This document shows positions 52,654 through 63,358 of a stretch of 64,000 nucleotides of DNA, piece after piece (within the stretch, counting starts at the first letter, position 1; each line of letters starts with the position of its first letter). The translations under genes and the position numbers were made by a program. The notes beneath the pieces are model-generated. The model worked only from the letters and a program-made list of their open reading frames with translations, was not told the DNA's origin and ran no database searches. Location of the stretch: positions 1 through 64,000 of IMG/VR virus record IMGVR_UViG_3300032007_000060; one strand, written 5' to 3'. This DNA comes from a virus. Lineage: Duplodnaviria > Caudoviricetes.

Positions 52654-55080
52654 TTATACTTTGTATTCTATCCAGTTTTGTTTAATTCTTACTTGTTTAT
52701 CCGTATTCTCTCCTCTTGTTGCAGTATAACCAATAGCAATACCTACATCTTCAAGGTTTGGAGTATAGATTACTTCCAAAGTATCATTTGGGTTTAGTAT
52801 TGTACTGTAATCATTATCATTGATTATGTCAAAGATTATTATTCCTTTTGTATAATCTACTGTGAAATCAGTATCCTCTACAAGTTCTATTTCATTATCA
52901 GTATCCTTATTCAGGATGACGCTACGGATAGGGTCGACTGGTGAAACACGTAACGGTACTTGACGAGTTTCAAGTATTGAGTCACCAACTATGAAATCCT
53001 GTTTGAAATAATCAATAACTAATGGATTGTTAATATACTTACCAGTACTGCTATTGTATACTTGACCTATTTCTGATTGTACAAGGTCTTGTATGAATAC
53101 TGGATTATAACTGAATGTTATACTTCCTACTGGTAATTTAGCGATTACTGCTTCATCTAATACTATAGTGTCATTGGTATAATCTACATTATAATCGTAC
53201 CATTCACCAAGGTTCCATGAGCCCTCGTCTCCTCTTGGTTGGAGTGAACATTCAAGGATTGGATATGCTGGACTATTCTTAAGATGGAATGGAGTGTATA
53301 CTTTATTATCTTCTTCATCTAATGTCCAGAAGCTCATACCATGCTCTTCCTCAAGGTCATCTTCCCATGGTAATACATATACTCTTTGTTCCCTTAGTAA
53401 TTCAATAGCGGAAGGATTATCAATGAGATACTGGTAACGTACATCCAAATCATCATCAGTAATCTTATCCTCATCTAAACCAGTAATCCAAGTATACTCA
53501 TCTAATTCCTCTGCAGTGATTACTATGAAATGGTCAATTACTTGTTTTTCCTGGATGACTTCAATCTTACAATCAGTACTTGGATCAATGTTGACTGGTG
53601 CGAAAATACGGCCCCAATGTGACGCTCCTAACATGGCACCAGTTTTTGGGTAATAGTATTTAGTACGCACATACATTTGTTTTGGTAATCCACTGGTGAA
53701 GCTTGCTGTAATCTCTTGTATTGCAGGGGATTTAGTGTTATTAGTAGTCCACATTTTCACTCGGATAAATAATGTTCTTGGGTAGTTTCCTTCACTATCT
53801 GGACTGAATGCTTTCTTATGATTAGTTAATGTACTCCATGTTCGACCGTCTACAGATACTTCATATTGTAGTTTTCCAGGATAACTTGAAGAATCCCCAC
53901 TATCAGTACAGCTCAATGTGACTTCACTAAATGGATTGGTGTGTATTGGTTTCAAGTATAACCAATGGTCTCCAGTTACATATGTTGATGAGTCTTGTCT
54001 GATATTTAATTGGAATGCAAAATCAGATGGTGTTAAACGGCCGAGATAATAATCTACTTTTAAGTCATTACGTCCGTATCTTTCCCATGTTCTTCCATTA
54101 TTGTTACTGAGGAATGCATCTCCACCCATATACTTTGAGTTTTCACAGTTACGACCCCATCCACCAACACGAGGACATTTACTCCAATTACTTAATGGGG
54201 ACATAAAGACAAGGGCATATGATTCTCCAGCTTCAACTCTTGGAGGTTGAGGGAACGCAATGCTTACGAAACCTGGTTCAACAATACTTGGGTCAAATGC
54301 AGTTTCAGCAATACAATTATAAGGGTCACCATCAGGCCAAGCAATAGTTTCAGTTTCACCAGCAACAGGAGTATTAGTTTGAGTTTTAGGGTCCCAAGTC
54401 ATTTTAGGAACAGTAATTTCTTTTGTTTTCCATAACTGAACAATCAATGGACTTCCCCAATTACCATTATTACTACCATTATTAGCAATATGTAACGCTA
54501 CCGCTTCTAATTTACCTCCTTTCCCTGAAGGCACAGTGAATGTTTGAGCACGGCAAACACTTGGGATTCCTTCAAGTTTATTATCCATAATCCAATCACT
54601 ACGAAGAGTATAGGTTTCATTTTTATCAAAACCCACATACCAATGAGTGTTGATTTGACCTTCCGCCCAATTCTTAACTGACTGGTCTAATGTACCTGGA
54701 GTATTCGGCAATACAACCTGATCCACTATGGTACCGGTAGTGTCATCAACATAATGGTCAATAACTGCAGTGGATTTATCACGGTCAACTACAGTATCAT
54801 CATCAAAAGTAATAGTCCTTGATTTATTGGTATCAGTATCAAAGATGATTTCATTCTCAGTTGTTTGCATAAATCCATAACTGACTGTAGCATCTATTGG
54901 TATTGGATTAAATCGTTTACGTACTGCTGGTGGAGTGAGATATTCCACTTCATCTAATTTTTGTTTTAAGTATTCATCGTTTTGACAAATCTGCCTGAAT
55001 AATTCTACTGTAGGATACATTTGCTCGCTGAAGGATTGTATCCTATTCAAATTCCTATATCGTGGTTCACAATTAACCAT
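52654..55080 (-). CDS. Large virion baseplate/tail protein
   Basis: 808-aa beta-rich protein in the tail module. Confidence 0.65.
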   Translation of the reverse strand: MVNCEPRYRNLNRIQSFSEQMYPTVELFRQICQNDEYLKQKLDEVEYLTPPAVRKRFNPIPIDATVSYGFMQTTENEIIFDTDTNKSRTITFDDDTVVDRDKSTAVIDHYVDDTTGTIVDQVVLPNTPGTLDQSVKNWAEGQINTHWYVGFDKNETYTLRSDWIMDNKLEGIPSVCRAQTFTVPSGKGGKLEAVALHIANNGSNNGNWGSPLIVQLWKTKEITVPKMTWDPKTQTNTPVAGETETIAWPDGDPYNCIAETAFDPSIVEPGFVSIAFPQPPRVEAGESYALVFMSPLSNWSKCPRVGGWGRNCENSKYMGGDAFLSNNNGRTWERYGRNDLKVDYYLGRLTPSDFAFQLNIRQDSSTYVTGDHWLYLKPIHTNPFSEVTLSCTDSGDSSSYPGKLQYEVSVDGRTWSTLTNHKKAFSPDSEGNYPRTLFIRVKMWTTNNTKSPAIQEITASFTSGLPKQMYVRTKYYYPKTGAMLGASHWGRIFAPVNIDPSTDCKIEVIQEKQVIDHFIVITAEELDEYTWITGLDEDKITDDDLDVRYQYLIDNPSAIELLREQRVYVLPWEDDLEEEHGMSFWTLDEEDNKVYTPFHLKNSPAYPILECSLQPRGDEGSWNLGEWYDYNVDYTNDTIVLDEAVIAKLPVGSITFSYNPVFIQDLVQSEIGQVYNSSTGKYINNPLVIDYFKQDFIVGDSILETRQVPLRVSPVDPIRSVILNKDTDNEIELVEDTDFTVDYTKGIIIFDIINDNDYSTILNPNDTLEVIYTPNLEDVGIAIGYTATRGENTDKQVRIKQNWIEYKV

Positions 55081-55107
55081 AATTATACACCATTATATTA
55101 TTTTTTT

Positions 55108-55770
55108 TTATTTTGTTTCTATGATAATATTCTCCAAATTCGGATTACTATTACGTGTAGTATGAATATATAAGTTTTTAGTTTGAATTGAATAATAATA
55201 AGAACCGACTGTTGATTCAACATCTTCAATACTGGACACAACTCTCAAACCACTGTTAGTATCCTTCTCCGTGACACCTACAACCAGTGCAGGTTCCGCT
55301 ATCCAGTATGTATAATTCTTATCTGCTACTTTGTTGAAATCTTTCCTGATGCTGCCTGTTGTTATTTCAAAAGTATAAGTCACATCTACTTCACCTATAC
55401 TATCTTCCAGGAATGAGCTTGTCATTTTCTCATAAATATCATGACTGATTAATACATCATCATTAGCAACACCAATTTCACAGGTACCTAATACTTCACC
55501 GGCCTCGAATGTGGCCTCAAGTATGATCCGTTTATTGTTCAAATCAACACTTGATGTAACTTGTTTTTTGACAGTTAAATTACCAAGATTTACATCTGAT
55601 TTTTTCGGCCTCGCATTGGATGAACCTAACATTATATATTTAATTGGTTCAAAATGTTGATTCACTGCTCGATTCATAAAAAAAGACTCACCTAATAGAG
55701 TAATAAGATTATTACCTTCAAGGATTATCTTATCTTTTTGTTTAAAAATATAACTTCCTTTTATTTTCAT
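55108..55770 (-). CDS. Tail-collar fibre/baseplate protein
   Basis: NLITLLG...IKYIMLGS...EATF...EIGV pattern of myovirus gpH-like N-termini. Confidence 0.55.
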   Translation of the reverse strand: MKIKGSYIFKQKDKIILEGNNLITLLGESFFMNRAVNQHFEPIKYIMLGSSNARPKKSDVNLGNLTVKKQVTSSVDLNNKRIILEATFEAGEVLGTCEIGVANDDVLISHDIYEKMTSSFLEDSIGEVDVTYTFEITTGSIRKDFNKVADKNYTYWIAEPALVVGVTEKDTNSGLRVVSSIEDVESTVGSYYYSIQTKNLYIHTTRNSNPNLENIIIETK

Positions 55771-56042
55771 AATAGTTTCACATCCTTACCTTTTATCTTT
55801 AAACAGGTATGAATTTCCAAATCATTCTTCTCAGACATTTCCTCTGTAGCTAAATTCACATGAATACGAGTTGATAAAGGCATTAATTTCTGTAATCTTT
55901 TCTGCAAACTATCTGCCGTTTCGGTTTGTATATTCGACGGAATATCAGAGGGGTTAAAACTGATTTCGTAATTGTTTGGTGTCCAATCTGGTTCATGTCT
56001 TATTATTTTACAATTAGGATTTCGTGGCAAAAATATCACCAA
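55767..56042 (-). CDS. Hypothetical tail-region protein
   Basis: Coupled ORF. Confidence 0.55.
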   Translation of the reverse strand: MVIFLPRNPNCKIIRHEPDWTPNNYEISFNPSDIPSNIQTETADSLQKRLQKLMPLSTRIHVNLATEEMSEKNDLEIHTCLKIKGKDVKLL

Positions 56043-56284
56043 TTATTTTTTTATTATTTTTTCTTGTTATTCTTCTTCTAATGCACATTTGTTTTTCACT
56101 AGGTAGCAGCATTTTTCTAAGTCATGGTCGCAGGTTCGTCTGTAACAGCAGCCGTCACAGAATTCTTCTTTTTTCATTTTAATCAACTCCATTGAGAATT
56201 TTTTTGATGAATTATTATAAGTATGAATATTTCTTGGGAAATGGTGTTGGTGATTTAAATATAAAAGCTGAATGTAACTTAGTA

Positions 56285-57250
56285 ACAGAAATATTCGCTC
56301 TTCAAGATTGTTGGGATTACGATACCACTACCCGTAACCTTGCACCAAACAGTAGTCTAAGCCAAATTGACAGTTTCGCATTCACTAATACTGGTGATTG
56401 GGAAGTGGAATGGATAATGAGATTACCATCTGGTAAAAGTAGGGTAGTATTATACAATCCAAGCAATGCCAATGTCTTTTTAGGAGTGGGAGCAAGTGAA
56501 AACAATAACCGTGTTATTTACTGGTATGGTCATGAAGATGGAGAAACTCCTTATTCATACAATACCGATTACACTATAAAAATCCAAAAAGATGGCAGTA
56601 ACTTTAAAATATACTCACAAGGGTCATTATTAAAGACTATGACTTATAGTGATTTACTGAATACTTCTACCATCAATTTAGGTTTAAGGAATTGGGGTAG
56701 TGGAACTGGAACAATCCGTAATGTAAAGATTAAACCATTATAATGATTTGAATTTTACATTCTTGATTTTTGAAGTTCCACTTGCACCCCATCTCATCAT
56801 AGACATACAGTAATCAGTATAATTATCAATCCAAGACAATATGAATGAGCCTATTAAATTATCATCAACATAAACACTTATGCTTGTTTCATCTTTAACA
56901 AATTTGACAGTATGATAAGTTCCTGATGTGGCAGTAACCGATGGGAAACCTACACTTTGACTGCTATTGTTCTCCCTTTTACCGAAAGCCATTTGATTAT
57001 TTCTTAACATATCCAAGTAAATCGCATATTGTGGTTGTGTTGTACCACTACTGTATTGTGTCTTTGGCATAATGAAGAAACGATGTTCCCCAGTACTAGT
57101 GTTATCAGACCATATATCAAAACTTATTTCACATTTGCTTGGTAATGATTGGCTTAAACTGTTATCATAGATTGTTGAACCATTGGTGGAACTTCGAGTA
57201 ACTTCGGCAGTATTATAGTAACTGCAATCTTGAAGAGCGAATATTTCTGT
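56285..57250. mobile_element. Two-state invertible segment swapping the C-terminal domain of the 1062-aa protein
   Basis: Perfect 26-bp IR ACAGAAATATTCGCTCTTCAAGATTG at 56285-56310 and 57225-57250; both read TEIFALQDC in frame. Confidence 0.9.
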
Positions 57251-59926
57251 GAATATTATTCCGCAATTTGCTTTTATATATAAATCTCCTGTACCTTTTC
57301 CCAAGTAAGATACGCTTGCCTCTCCAGAACTATCAGTAACATCAGAACCAAGACTTTCACCATTCACAACTTCAAAACTTACAGTTTCACCAACACAAGG
57401 ATTACCATTAGAATCCAATACTTTCGCAGTAATAGTGGCAGTTTCACCTTTCATCATAATTGGCTTGTCAGATGAAACTGTGATGCTTGCAGGTGCCGGA
57501 CGGTCACTTACAACAACATTAACAATACTTGATTCAACATTATTATAAGTGGCATCTCCTTCATATACTACTTTATAACTGAATGTTCCTGCGACAGATG
57601 AAGTGATTGATTTGCTGAATGTTCCATCATTACCAGTGGTTAATTGAGGGTCTATGAGTGTATTACCATCATATAATTTGATATTTACACTTCCTAATCC
57701 TGAACCGTTATATAATAATGCACCAGATAAAGTGTAGGAGTCACCAGTGGTGACACTTGCACTGCTGGTGACTAAGCTGATTGTTGGTGTGCGTTTTACA
57801 ATAGTTACATTTACATCAGAAGAGGTTGCACTATCATAAGTGCCGTCTCCTTCGTATACGGCCTTGTATGTTTTACTGGATACAATGGAAGCGGTTAATG
57901 TTTTACTGAATGTTCCATTGTCTGTTGTTACTGTGTGGAGTAATGTTTCACCGTCATAGATTTTTACATCAACATCATCCATTCCTGTTGTACCAGTTTT
58001 TAATGTTCCTGATAATGTGATTGTTTCTCCAAGGTCATAACTGGATTTATCTGCATTGAATGTTATTGTTGTTGGTTTCTTATTCACAGTTATGTTTTCA
58101 GTTGCATTATTACTGTAATAATCTTCATCACCTTCAAATACTGCTTTAATGCTAACTGCTCCACTAATATTTGCAGTTATATCTTTACTGAAGTTTCCTG
58201 CATTGCCTTGTGTTGTCACAGTATCCACCAACGTGTTATTCACATAAATTTTTATACTTTTACCTGTTAAAGCTGTGAGTTCATCATCAGTTAATGATCC
58301 TCTTATCTCGATTGTTTCCCCGATAGTGTAGGTTGATTTATCTGTAGATAATGTGAGTATTGTACTTGTTTTACCTGCTCCTTCACTAATCACTACATAT
58401 AATGGATTAGTATTCTTATTATTGTTAATCCAGTTACTGTTACTTACTAATGTGCTGCTGGTGTCATGTGTTAATGTTATATCTTGCAGGTTCAATGATT
58501 GGTTTTGATATACTCTGAAGAATTTTAATCCTACACTATTATTGATTGTAGGGTTTCCGCAGCCGAGTATTGTGCAAGTGTAGGGTACGTTATAGATATG
58601 GTCTGTTGAATGTGTACCTGAAGTTAATACGATGAGGTTTTCTTCACCATTCACCATTGACAGGGCCTTATCTAATGTAGCGAATGGGTCATCAATTTTA
58701 CCAGTATTATTATCATTTCCTGAAGTGGAAACATACCAGTTACCCGTATTACATCCACGGACAGTGACTTCAAGAGTTTCCGTTTCAAAAATAGTAGGTC
58801 CTTCATAGGCCTCGAATTTAAAAACATTAGGAGCATCATCACTGATTAAATCACTGGTTACTGTATATTGTTCTCCAGTATAATTTTCGACGAGGACTGT
58901 ATCTTCTTCATCACCCAATAATGTGATTGTTACACTGTAATCCCCAGTTAATTTCTCAGCAAGACTATTCAAGAATTGGAAATTAAATATTACATTCTGA
59001 TTCTTAACAGGTATTAAAGTATTAGCTGATACAAAGAAGAATCTTCCATTATCCGATGTTAATTCGCATAATTTGTCTTTATGTTCCCATGGCATTGGTG
59101 TCCAGTCACCGACAAGGCCTGTTTCTTCATCGTATGGGTGCATATGTTCATCGAACATCTTTAAGAGGTATTCTTCTCTGTTTATCATGTCGCTGAAGAT
59201 GCCGTATTCTTTCCATATTTCTAATACGGGTAATGCTGTGTTATGTATTCTGAGATTGTATTCTATGATACGGTTCATGTAATGATAATCATCTTCACTT
59301 AACCTGTTGTTGTATGGTGGTTCGGTATGTTCATAATCTTCAGTACTTTTATATGTTTTTCTTTGTATGCCGTTTAATGCTCCGATTTCATCTAAACTGT
59401 AATCATGGTCGAATTCATTTCCCAATTCCTCATCGTTTTCAGGGAATCCTTTTTCAATAATGATTTCATCATATGCTTCGGCTATAATCTTAAAAGTATC
59501 ATCAGGAATTATAGGAATTTCAATCTCACTATCCTCTACTTCATTTTCTTCCTCATTATCTTCAACATTCTCATCAACAATTGTATTTTCCTCACTACTA
59601 TCATAAGAATAAATGAAAGAATTAACATTATCCTCTTCTAAGTATTCTTCCATATAGAGCAGAGTATCATTTTTATAACATTTCACACTTTTCAACTGAG
59701 GATAATTCACAACAAAATTAATAACATAATCATAAGGCACACTTTGCTCCTTCCAAATACAACAACGCTTCCTTAACCTCAAACTATCAGAAACATCACT
59801 AATACTTTGAAAAATACCCTTCAAAAGATTATTAGTAACACTCTGAGATTTAAAGAAATTACTTGTCTCCGACTTATCAAAAAAATGAGGAAACATCTTA
59901 ATTAAACTTTGCATACTCCTTTTCAT
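56738..59926 (-). CDS. Baseplate-anchored adhesin with Ig-like repeats and a variable beta-sandwich tip
   Basis: N-terminal baseplate-wedge-like region, WYVSTSGND..G..DPFAT motif, tandem Big domains, terminal lectin-like domain. Confidence 0.78.
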   Translation of the reverse strand: MKRSMQSLIKMFPHFFDKSETSNFFKSQSVTNNLLKGIFQSISDVSDSLRLRKRCCIWKEQSVPYDYVINFVVNYPQLKSVKCYKNDTLLYMEEYLEEDNVNSFIYSYDSSEENTIVDENVEDNEEENEVEDSEIEIPIIPDDTFKIIAEAYDEIIIEKGFPENDEELGNEFDHDYSLDEIGALNGIQRKTYKSTEDYEHTEPPYNNRLSEDDYHYMNRIIEYNLRIHNTALPVLEIWKEYGIFSDMINREEYLLKMFDEHMHPYDEETGLVGDWTPMPWEHKDKLCELTSDNGRFFFVSANTLIPVKNQNVIFNFQFLNSLAEKLTGDYSVTITLLGDEEDTVLVENYTGEQYTVTSDLISDDAPNVFKFEAYEGPTIFETETLEVTVRGCNTGNWYVSTSGNDNNTGKIDDPFATLDKALSMVNGEENLIVLTSGTHSTDHIYNVPYTCTILGCGNPTINNSVGLKFFRVYQNQSLNLQDITLTHDTSSTLVSNSNWINNNKNTNPLYVVISEGAGKTSTILTLSTDKSTYTIGETIEIRGSLTDDELTALTGKSIKIYVNNTLVDTVTTQGNAGNFSKDITANISGAVSIKAVFEGDEDYYSNNATENITVNKKPTTITFNADKSSYDLGETITLSGTLKTGTTGMDDVDVKIYDGETLLHTVTTDNGTFSKTLTASIVSSKTYKAVYEGDGTYDSATSSDVNVTIVKRTPTISLVTSSASVTTGDSYTLSGALLYNGSGLGSVNIKLYDGNTLIDPQLTTGNDGTFSKSITSSVAGTFSYKVVYEGDATYNNVESSIVNVVVSDRPAPASITVSSDKPIMMKGETATITAKVLDSNGNPCVGETVSFEVVNGESLGSDVTDSSGEASVSYLGKGTGDLYIKANCGIIFTEIFALQDCSYYNTAEVTRSSTNGSTIYDNSLSQSLPSKCEISFDIWSDNTSTGEHRFFIMPKTQYSSGTTQPQYAIYLDMLRNNQMAFGKRENNSSQSVGFPSVTATSGTYHTVKFVKDETSISVYVDDNLIGSFILSWIDNYTDYCMSMMRWGASGTSKIKNVKFKSL

Positions 59927-59927
59927 A

Positions 59928-61079
59928 TTAAATCATCTCAATTGTAATATCATTACTAACCCCAATTTCCTCATCAAGAATAGGAACATAATCCAAAGGA
60001 TAATTAAAATTAATATTCTTTAACTCAGGAATCTCATCATCCAAAAACACAGCCAATTTATGCGGAATAAAATCCTCACCCAATAACAATCCCGGATAAT
60101 AAGTATCATCAGTAGTGTATCCACCATCAATGAAAACTTTAATACTAGATATGATTCTTGCTTTGATTTTCTCTTTCTCAACATCACTATAAGGATTCAG
60201 TTGATCTATATCAACATTAACCACCGCATAAATATCAATAGGTTTACTGACCGGTGCGAACATTGTAATATCTTCTTTTGCCTGAGTAACTTTACTCTGC
60301 AAATCCGCGTAAGCACGATTCAATTGTTCCGGTGTGCCTGGATCAAGTATGACTTTTATTGTACCAGTGCCATTCCAGAATGGAACAATCTTATAACTGT
60401 CTATACCGTCGAAGTTGGCGAAATATTCCTCGTAAGCTTCCAATGAACCTTTCAAGTTAACTTCCTTCCAATGCATCAACAAATAACGATATTCATCATC
60501 AGTATATTCCTCAGTACCACCAGTACTGGCCTTATCATTATTACATGAAAAATTAATTTCCAATTCAGTTTCAATATTAACCAAAGTATTTTCAACAATC
60601 TTACTAGCCACACCCGGCTCAACAGCCATACATGAAACAGTAGTGCTGGTTTCACCTGCAGGAATAAAAATATTCTCCAACGTACGATATTCAATACCAG
60701 TATCAGTTGACAAGACCACTTCTTGACTAATATTCACATCTTCTTCAAGAACAACATCCAAAGTAAAAGTAACATCAACATAAGCATAAGTAGCTTCAGG
60801 TCTAGGAATACCTACCACATCACCAATATTCTCATCCAAATCATCATTCTCCGCATACTCAACTTTTGCAGATTCATAAACTGGAGTTATTGCTTCCTGA
60901 TAAATTCGTTCACCAAATAATGCAAGAACAGACTTATCCATCACATAATAATTACTGATATCTTCCTGATTCTCAATATAAGAAGGAAACTCTTCAGCAT
61001 GACTTATCAATCCTTTTTCAAGACTGTCCTGCAACACTTCTTCAAAAAGCTCAGCATAATCTTTTTCCGTATAATTCAT
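59928..61079 (-). CDS. Baseplate J-like protein
   Basis: VGIPRPEATYA.V.VTF, VSCMAVEPG..S, TGGTEEYTDDEYRYLL, GTGTIKVILD. Confidence 0.88.
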   Translation of the reverse strand: MNYTEKDYAELFEEVLQDSLEKGLISHAEEFPSYIENQEDISNYYVMDKSVLALFGERIYQEAITPVYESAKVEYAENDDLDENIGDVVGIPRPEATYAYVDVTFTLDVVLEEDVNISQEVVLSTDTGIEYRTLENIFIPAGETSTTVSCMAVEPGVASKIVENTLVNIETELEINFSCNNDKASTGGTEEYTDDEYRYLLMHWKEVNLKGSLEAYEEYFANFDGIDSYKIVPFWNGTGTIKVILDPGTPEQLNRAYADLQSKVTQAKEDITMFAPVSKPIDIYAVVNVDIDQLNPYSDVEKEKIKARIISSIKVFIDGGYTTDDTYYPGLLLGEDFIPHKLAVFLDDEIPELKNINFNYPLDYVPILDEEIGVSNDITIEMI

Positions 61080-61510
61080 AAAACAACACTACCTTTAACT
61101 ATTTCATCATTAATGCTTGTAATATCAAATTCAACTTTAAACTTATAAACATCAGTTTGAAGGATATTCACCGAATTAACAGTTTTAACCCTCCTCATAT
61201 TGTTTAAAGTATCAGTAATATAAGTTTCAAGTTTAAAAAAGAACATTTTATTCTGATTATCTTTTATTAACTCATGAACATGACAACCAAAACCTTGATA
61301 AGTAGGATTTTTATTTAATTCATCATATCTTGTCATGATTGCAATTATACATGCGTTCAACAATGATTTATGACCTGTAACATTAACATAATCCCCATTT
61401 TCCATATGTATATCAAAGGCCCCATATTCATCACTAATTAATTCAACATCTTCATTCAAAGTTTTATTAAATTTATAATCAATGCTGGATGTGTCTACGG
61501 GTAGTGTCAT
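61076..61510 (-). CDS. Baseplate wedge protein (gp25/gpW-like)
   Basis: GDYVNVTG..L..I...L.T.......FG..VHELI; position next to baseplate J. Confidence 0.65.
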   Translation of the reverse strand: MTLPVDTSSIDYKFNKTLNEDVELISDEYGAFDIHMENGDYVNVTGHKSLLNACIIAIMTRYDELNKNPTYQGFGCHVHELIKDNQNKMFFFKLETYITDTLNNMRRVKTVNSVNILQTDVYKFKVEFDITSINDEIVKGSVVL

Positions 61511-61512
61511 TT

Positions 61513-62181
61513 TTATTCATCTCCTAAAGCTTCAGCTATCTTTTGTGCTATTAATTCATCAACTTCTTCTTTCGTATACACTTCATCTTTAGTATACACG
61601 TTCGTGGAGTCAGCATAATCCACTTCTTCCATGTTCTTATCCATATCCCCCACATTTAGTGTAGCTGCTTTGGGTAATCTTAAATCCAATCCATCTGCAC
61701 CAAATTTTATCCAGAACTGATTTGTTCCACCAATACTTATAATTTTGAAATTGCCTGGGCTTGCAGGATTCAATCCTACAAACTCTTCATTCTGATAATA
61801 CCCTAACAACAAATATTCTTCACTGTCACTATCATGAATGTTTATAATAAGACAGTTCAAATCACCTCTTGGAATTATGCATGGTTCATGTAGATCATCA
61901 CAATAATCAATTGTATCTGCACTTGGTGTGTATAAGTCTATTAATGCTCCACCGAAACGATGGAGTATTTTGCATAATACTGTTTCATCAGTGTTGTCTA
62001 ATTCAACTAATGCTTTATCAAGATAATGGTAGAATTTAACAACTCTTCCGGTTCTGATTTTTTCTTCATCAACAGTGGTTTCAATTTGACGATTGATTTG
62101 TGGTAATGCTCTGTTAGTTACTGCATTGTCTAATGCTTCTTTTAACCGACCACGTGTAGGTGTGATGTCATTAGTGTTCAT
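61513..62181 (-). CDS. Baseplate spike/assembly protein
   Basis: RTGRVVK OB-fold-like start, C-terminal YTKDEV repeats; tail context. Confidence 0.5.
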   Translation of the reverse strand: MNTNDITPTRGRLKEALDNAVTNRALPQINRQIETTVDEEKIRTGRVVKFYHYLDKALVELDNTDETVLCKILHRFGGALIDLYTPSADTIDYCDDLHEPCIIPRGDLNCLIINIHDSDSEEYLLLGYYQNEEFVGLNPASPGNFKIISIGGTNQFWIKFGADGLDLRLPKAATLNVGDMDKNMEEVDYADSTNVYTKDEVYTKEEVDELIAQKIAEALGDE

Positions 62182-63341
62182 TTGTTACCACTACTCTTTG
62201 ATTTAGTTTTAGATTTAGATTTGGATTTGCTGGATGATTTATCACTATTACTTGAACTATTATCTGCTCCAAAACTTGGAGGATAATCAACCAAAGTCAA
62301 ACTAGCAGTCCAAGGACCATTCGCATCCTCATCATGAGAACATTTGCTAATATACATATAATCATCAATAAAATAAGAAGGTAAAAATACTCTAACCCAA
62401 ACACCTTCTCTCCATTTTGTATCTCCTACCAGTTTACATTCAACACTTCGACCATCATTACGCCTAATCTTATTGAATTCTCGTTGTAAAAAAGCTTCCG
62501 CTTCTTTTAAAGATTTGATACTTGAGGGACAGGCGATTTTCTTTTTGATTTTACCAAATCTTTTTATTAGCAGATCATCTTTTAATGTTAAATCATAATT
62601 TTTATAGGTGCAGGTTAGATGATTAATTGTTCCGGGATTAATATCTGTAACATTAATATTATCATATAATGCATTGTCATTTTCATTTATGACAAGTTTA
62701 GTGGTTGTTGGGTCTTTAATCTTATTAACATGTACTGTATCTCCAATTAATCGGATTTCCACATCTCCATCCCATTTACTAGTAGCTTTTTTCAAAGCTT
62801 CTTTAATAGTTGAACCACTTGAACTTGCAGAATTGGATTTTGATGAAGATGACGATGTACTAGTGTCTCCACCCATGGCTTTGATTAACTCATCAGCCAT
62901 TTCTTTACCGTTTCGACCAAAAACAACCCAACATTTCTTTTTCACTATCTTATTTATCTCAGGGAAACTTTTACCTTGAATTTTAGCACAGATTCCTTTA
63001 CAATCAGGGTCCGCACCTATCGGTCTTGTTTCAAAATCTTTACGAGTCTTCATCCTTGGACGGCCAAGGTCTCCTCTTATAATAAAATAAGCATATTTAA
63101 AACCGCCACTATTACTATAACGGTCAGCGATAGAGTATATTCCATCTGCAATAATATATACTCCTATCTTACCACGAGGATTTCTCCCACGTTCACCCCA
63201 ATCATAGGTAGCAAACTCATTCGAATCCACAGGCAGTTTTTCAACTTTATGACCTGCTTTCTCTAATGCTTTGCAGACAGTATTCTGGACTTTATGGTCA
63301 TTACCATTATTTAAATCACAACCAACTACAACAGTAGACAA
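62178..63341 (-). CDS. Baseplate hub (XkdQ/gpD-like) protein
   Basis: C-terminal LIKRFG..EAEAFL..VECKL..GVWVRV..YISKCSH..WTASLTLV. Confidence 0.55.
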   Translation of the reverse strand: MSTVVVGCDLNNGNDHKVQNTVCKALEKAGHKVEKLPVDSNEFATYDWGERGRNPRGKIGVYIIADGIYSIADRYSNSGGFKYAYFIIRGDLGRPRMKTRKDFETRPIGADPDCKGICAKIQGKSFPEINKIVKKKCWVVFGRNGKEMADELIKAMGGDTSTSSSSSKSNSASSSGSTIKEALKKATSKWDGDVEIRLIGDTVHVNKIKDPTTTKLVINENDNALYDNINVTDINPGTINHLTCTYKNYDLTLKDDLLIKRFGKIKKKIACPSSIKSLKEAEAFLQREFNKIRRNDGRSVECKLVGDTKWREGVWVRVFLPSYFIDDYMYISKCSHDEDANGPWTASLTLVDYPPSFGADNSSSNSDKSSSKSKSKSKTKSKSSGNK

Positions 63342-63358
63342 TCAAATAACCTCCTTTT

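Noticed and set aside
56192-56743. 183-aa + ORF as a stand-alone gene
   Set aside because: Best explained as the alternative C-terminus of the 1062-aa adhesin, though independent expression is not excluded
49000-60000. Diversity-generating retroelement as the source of tail variation
   Set aside because: No reverse transcriptase and no template/variable repeat pair differing only at adenines; the cassettes are highly divergent and inverted
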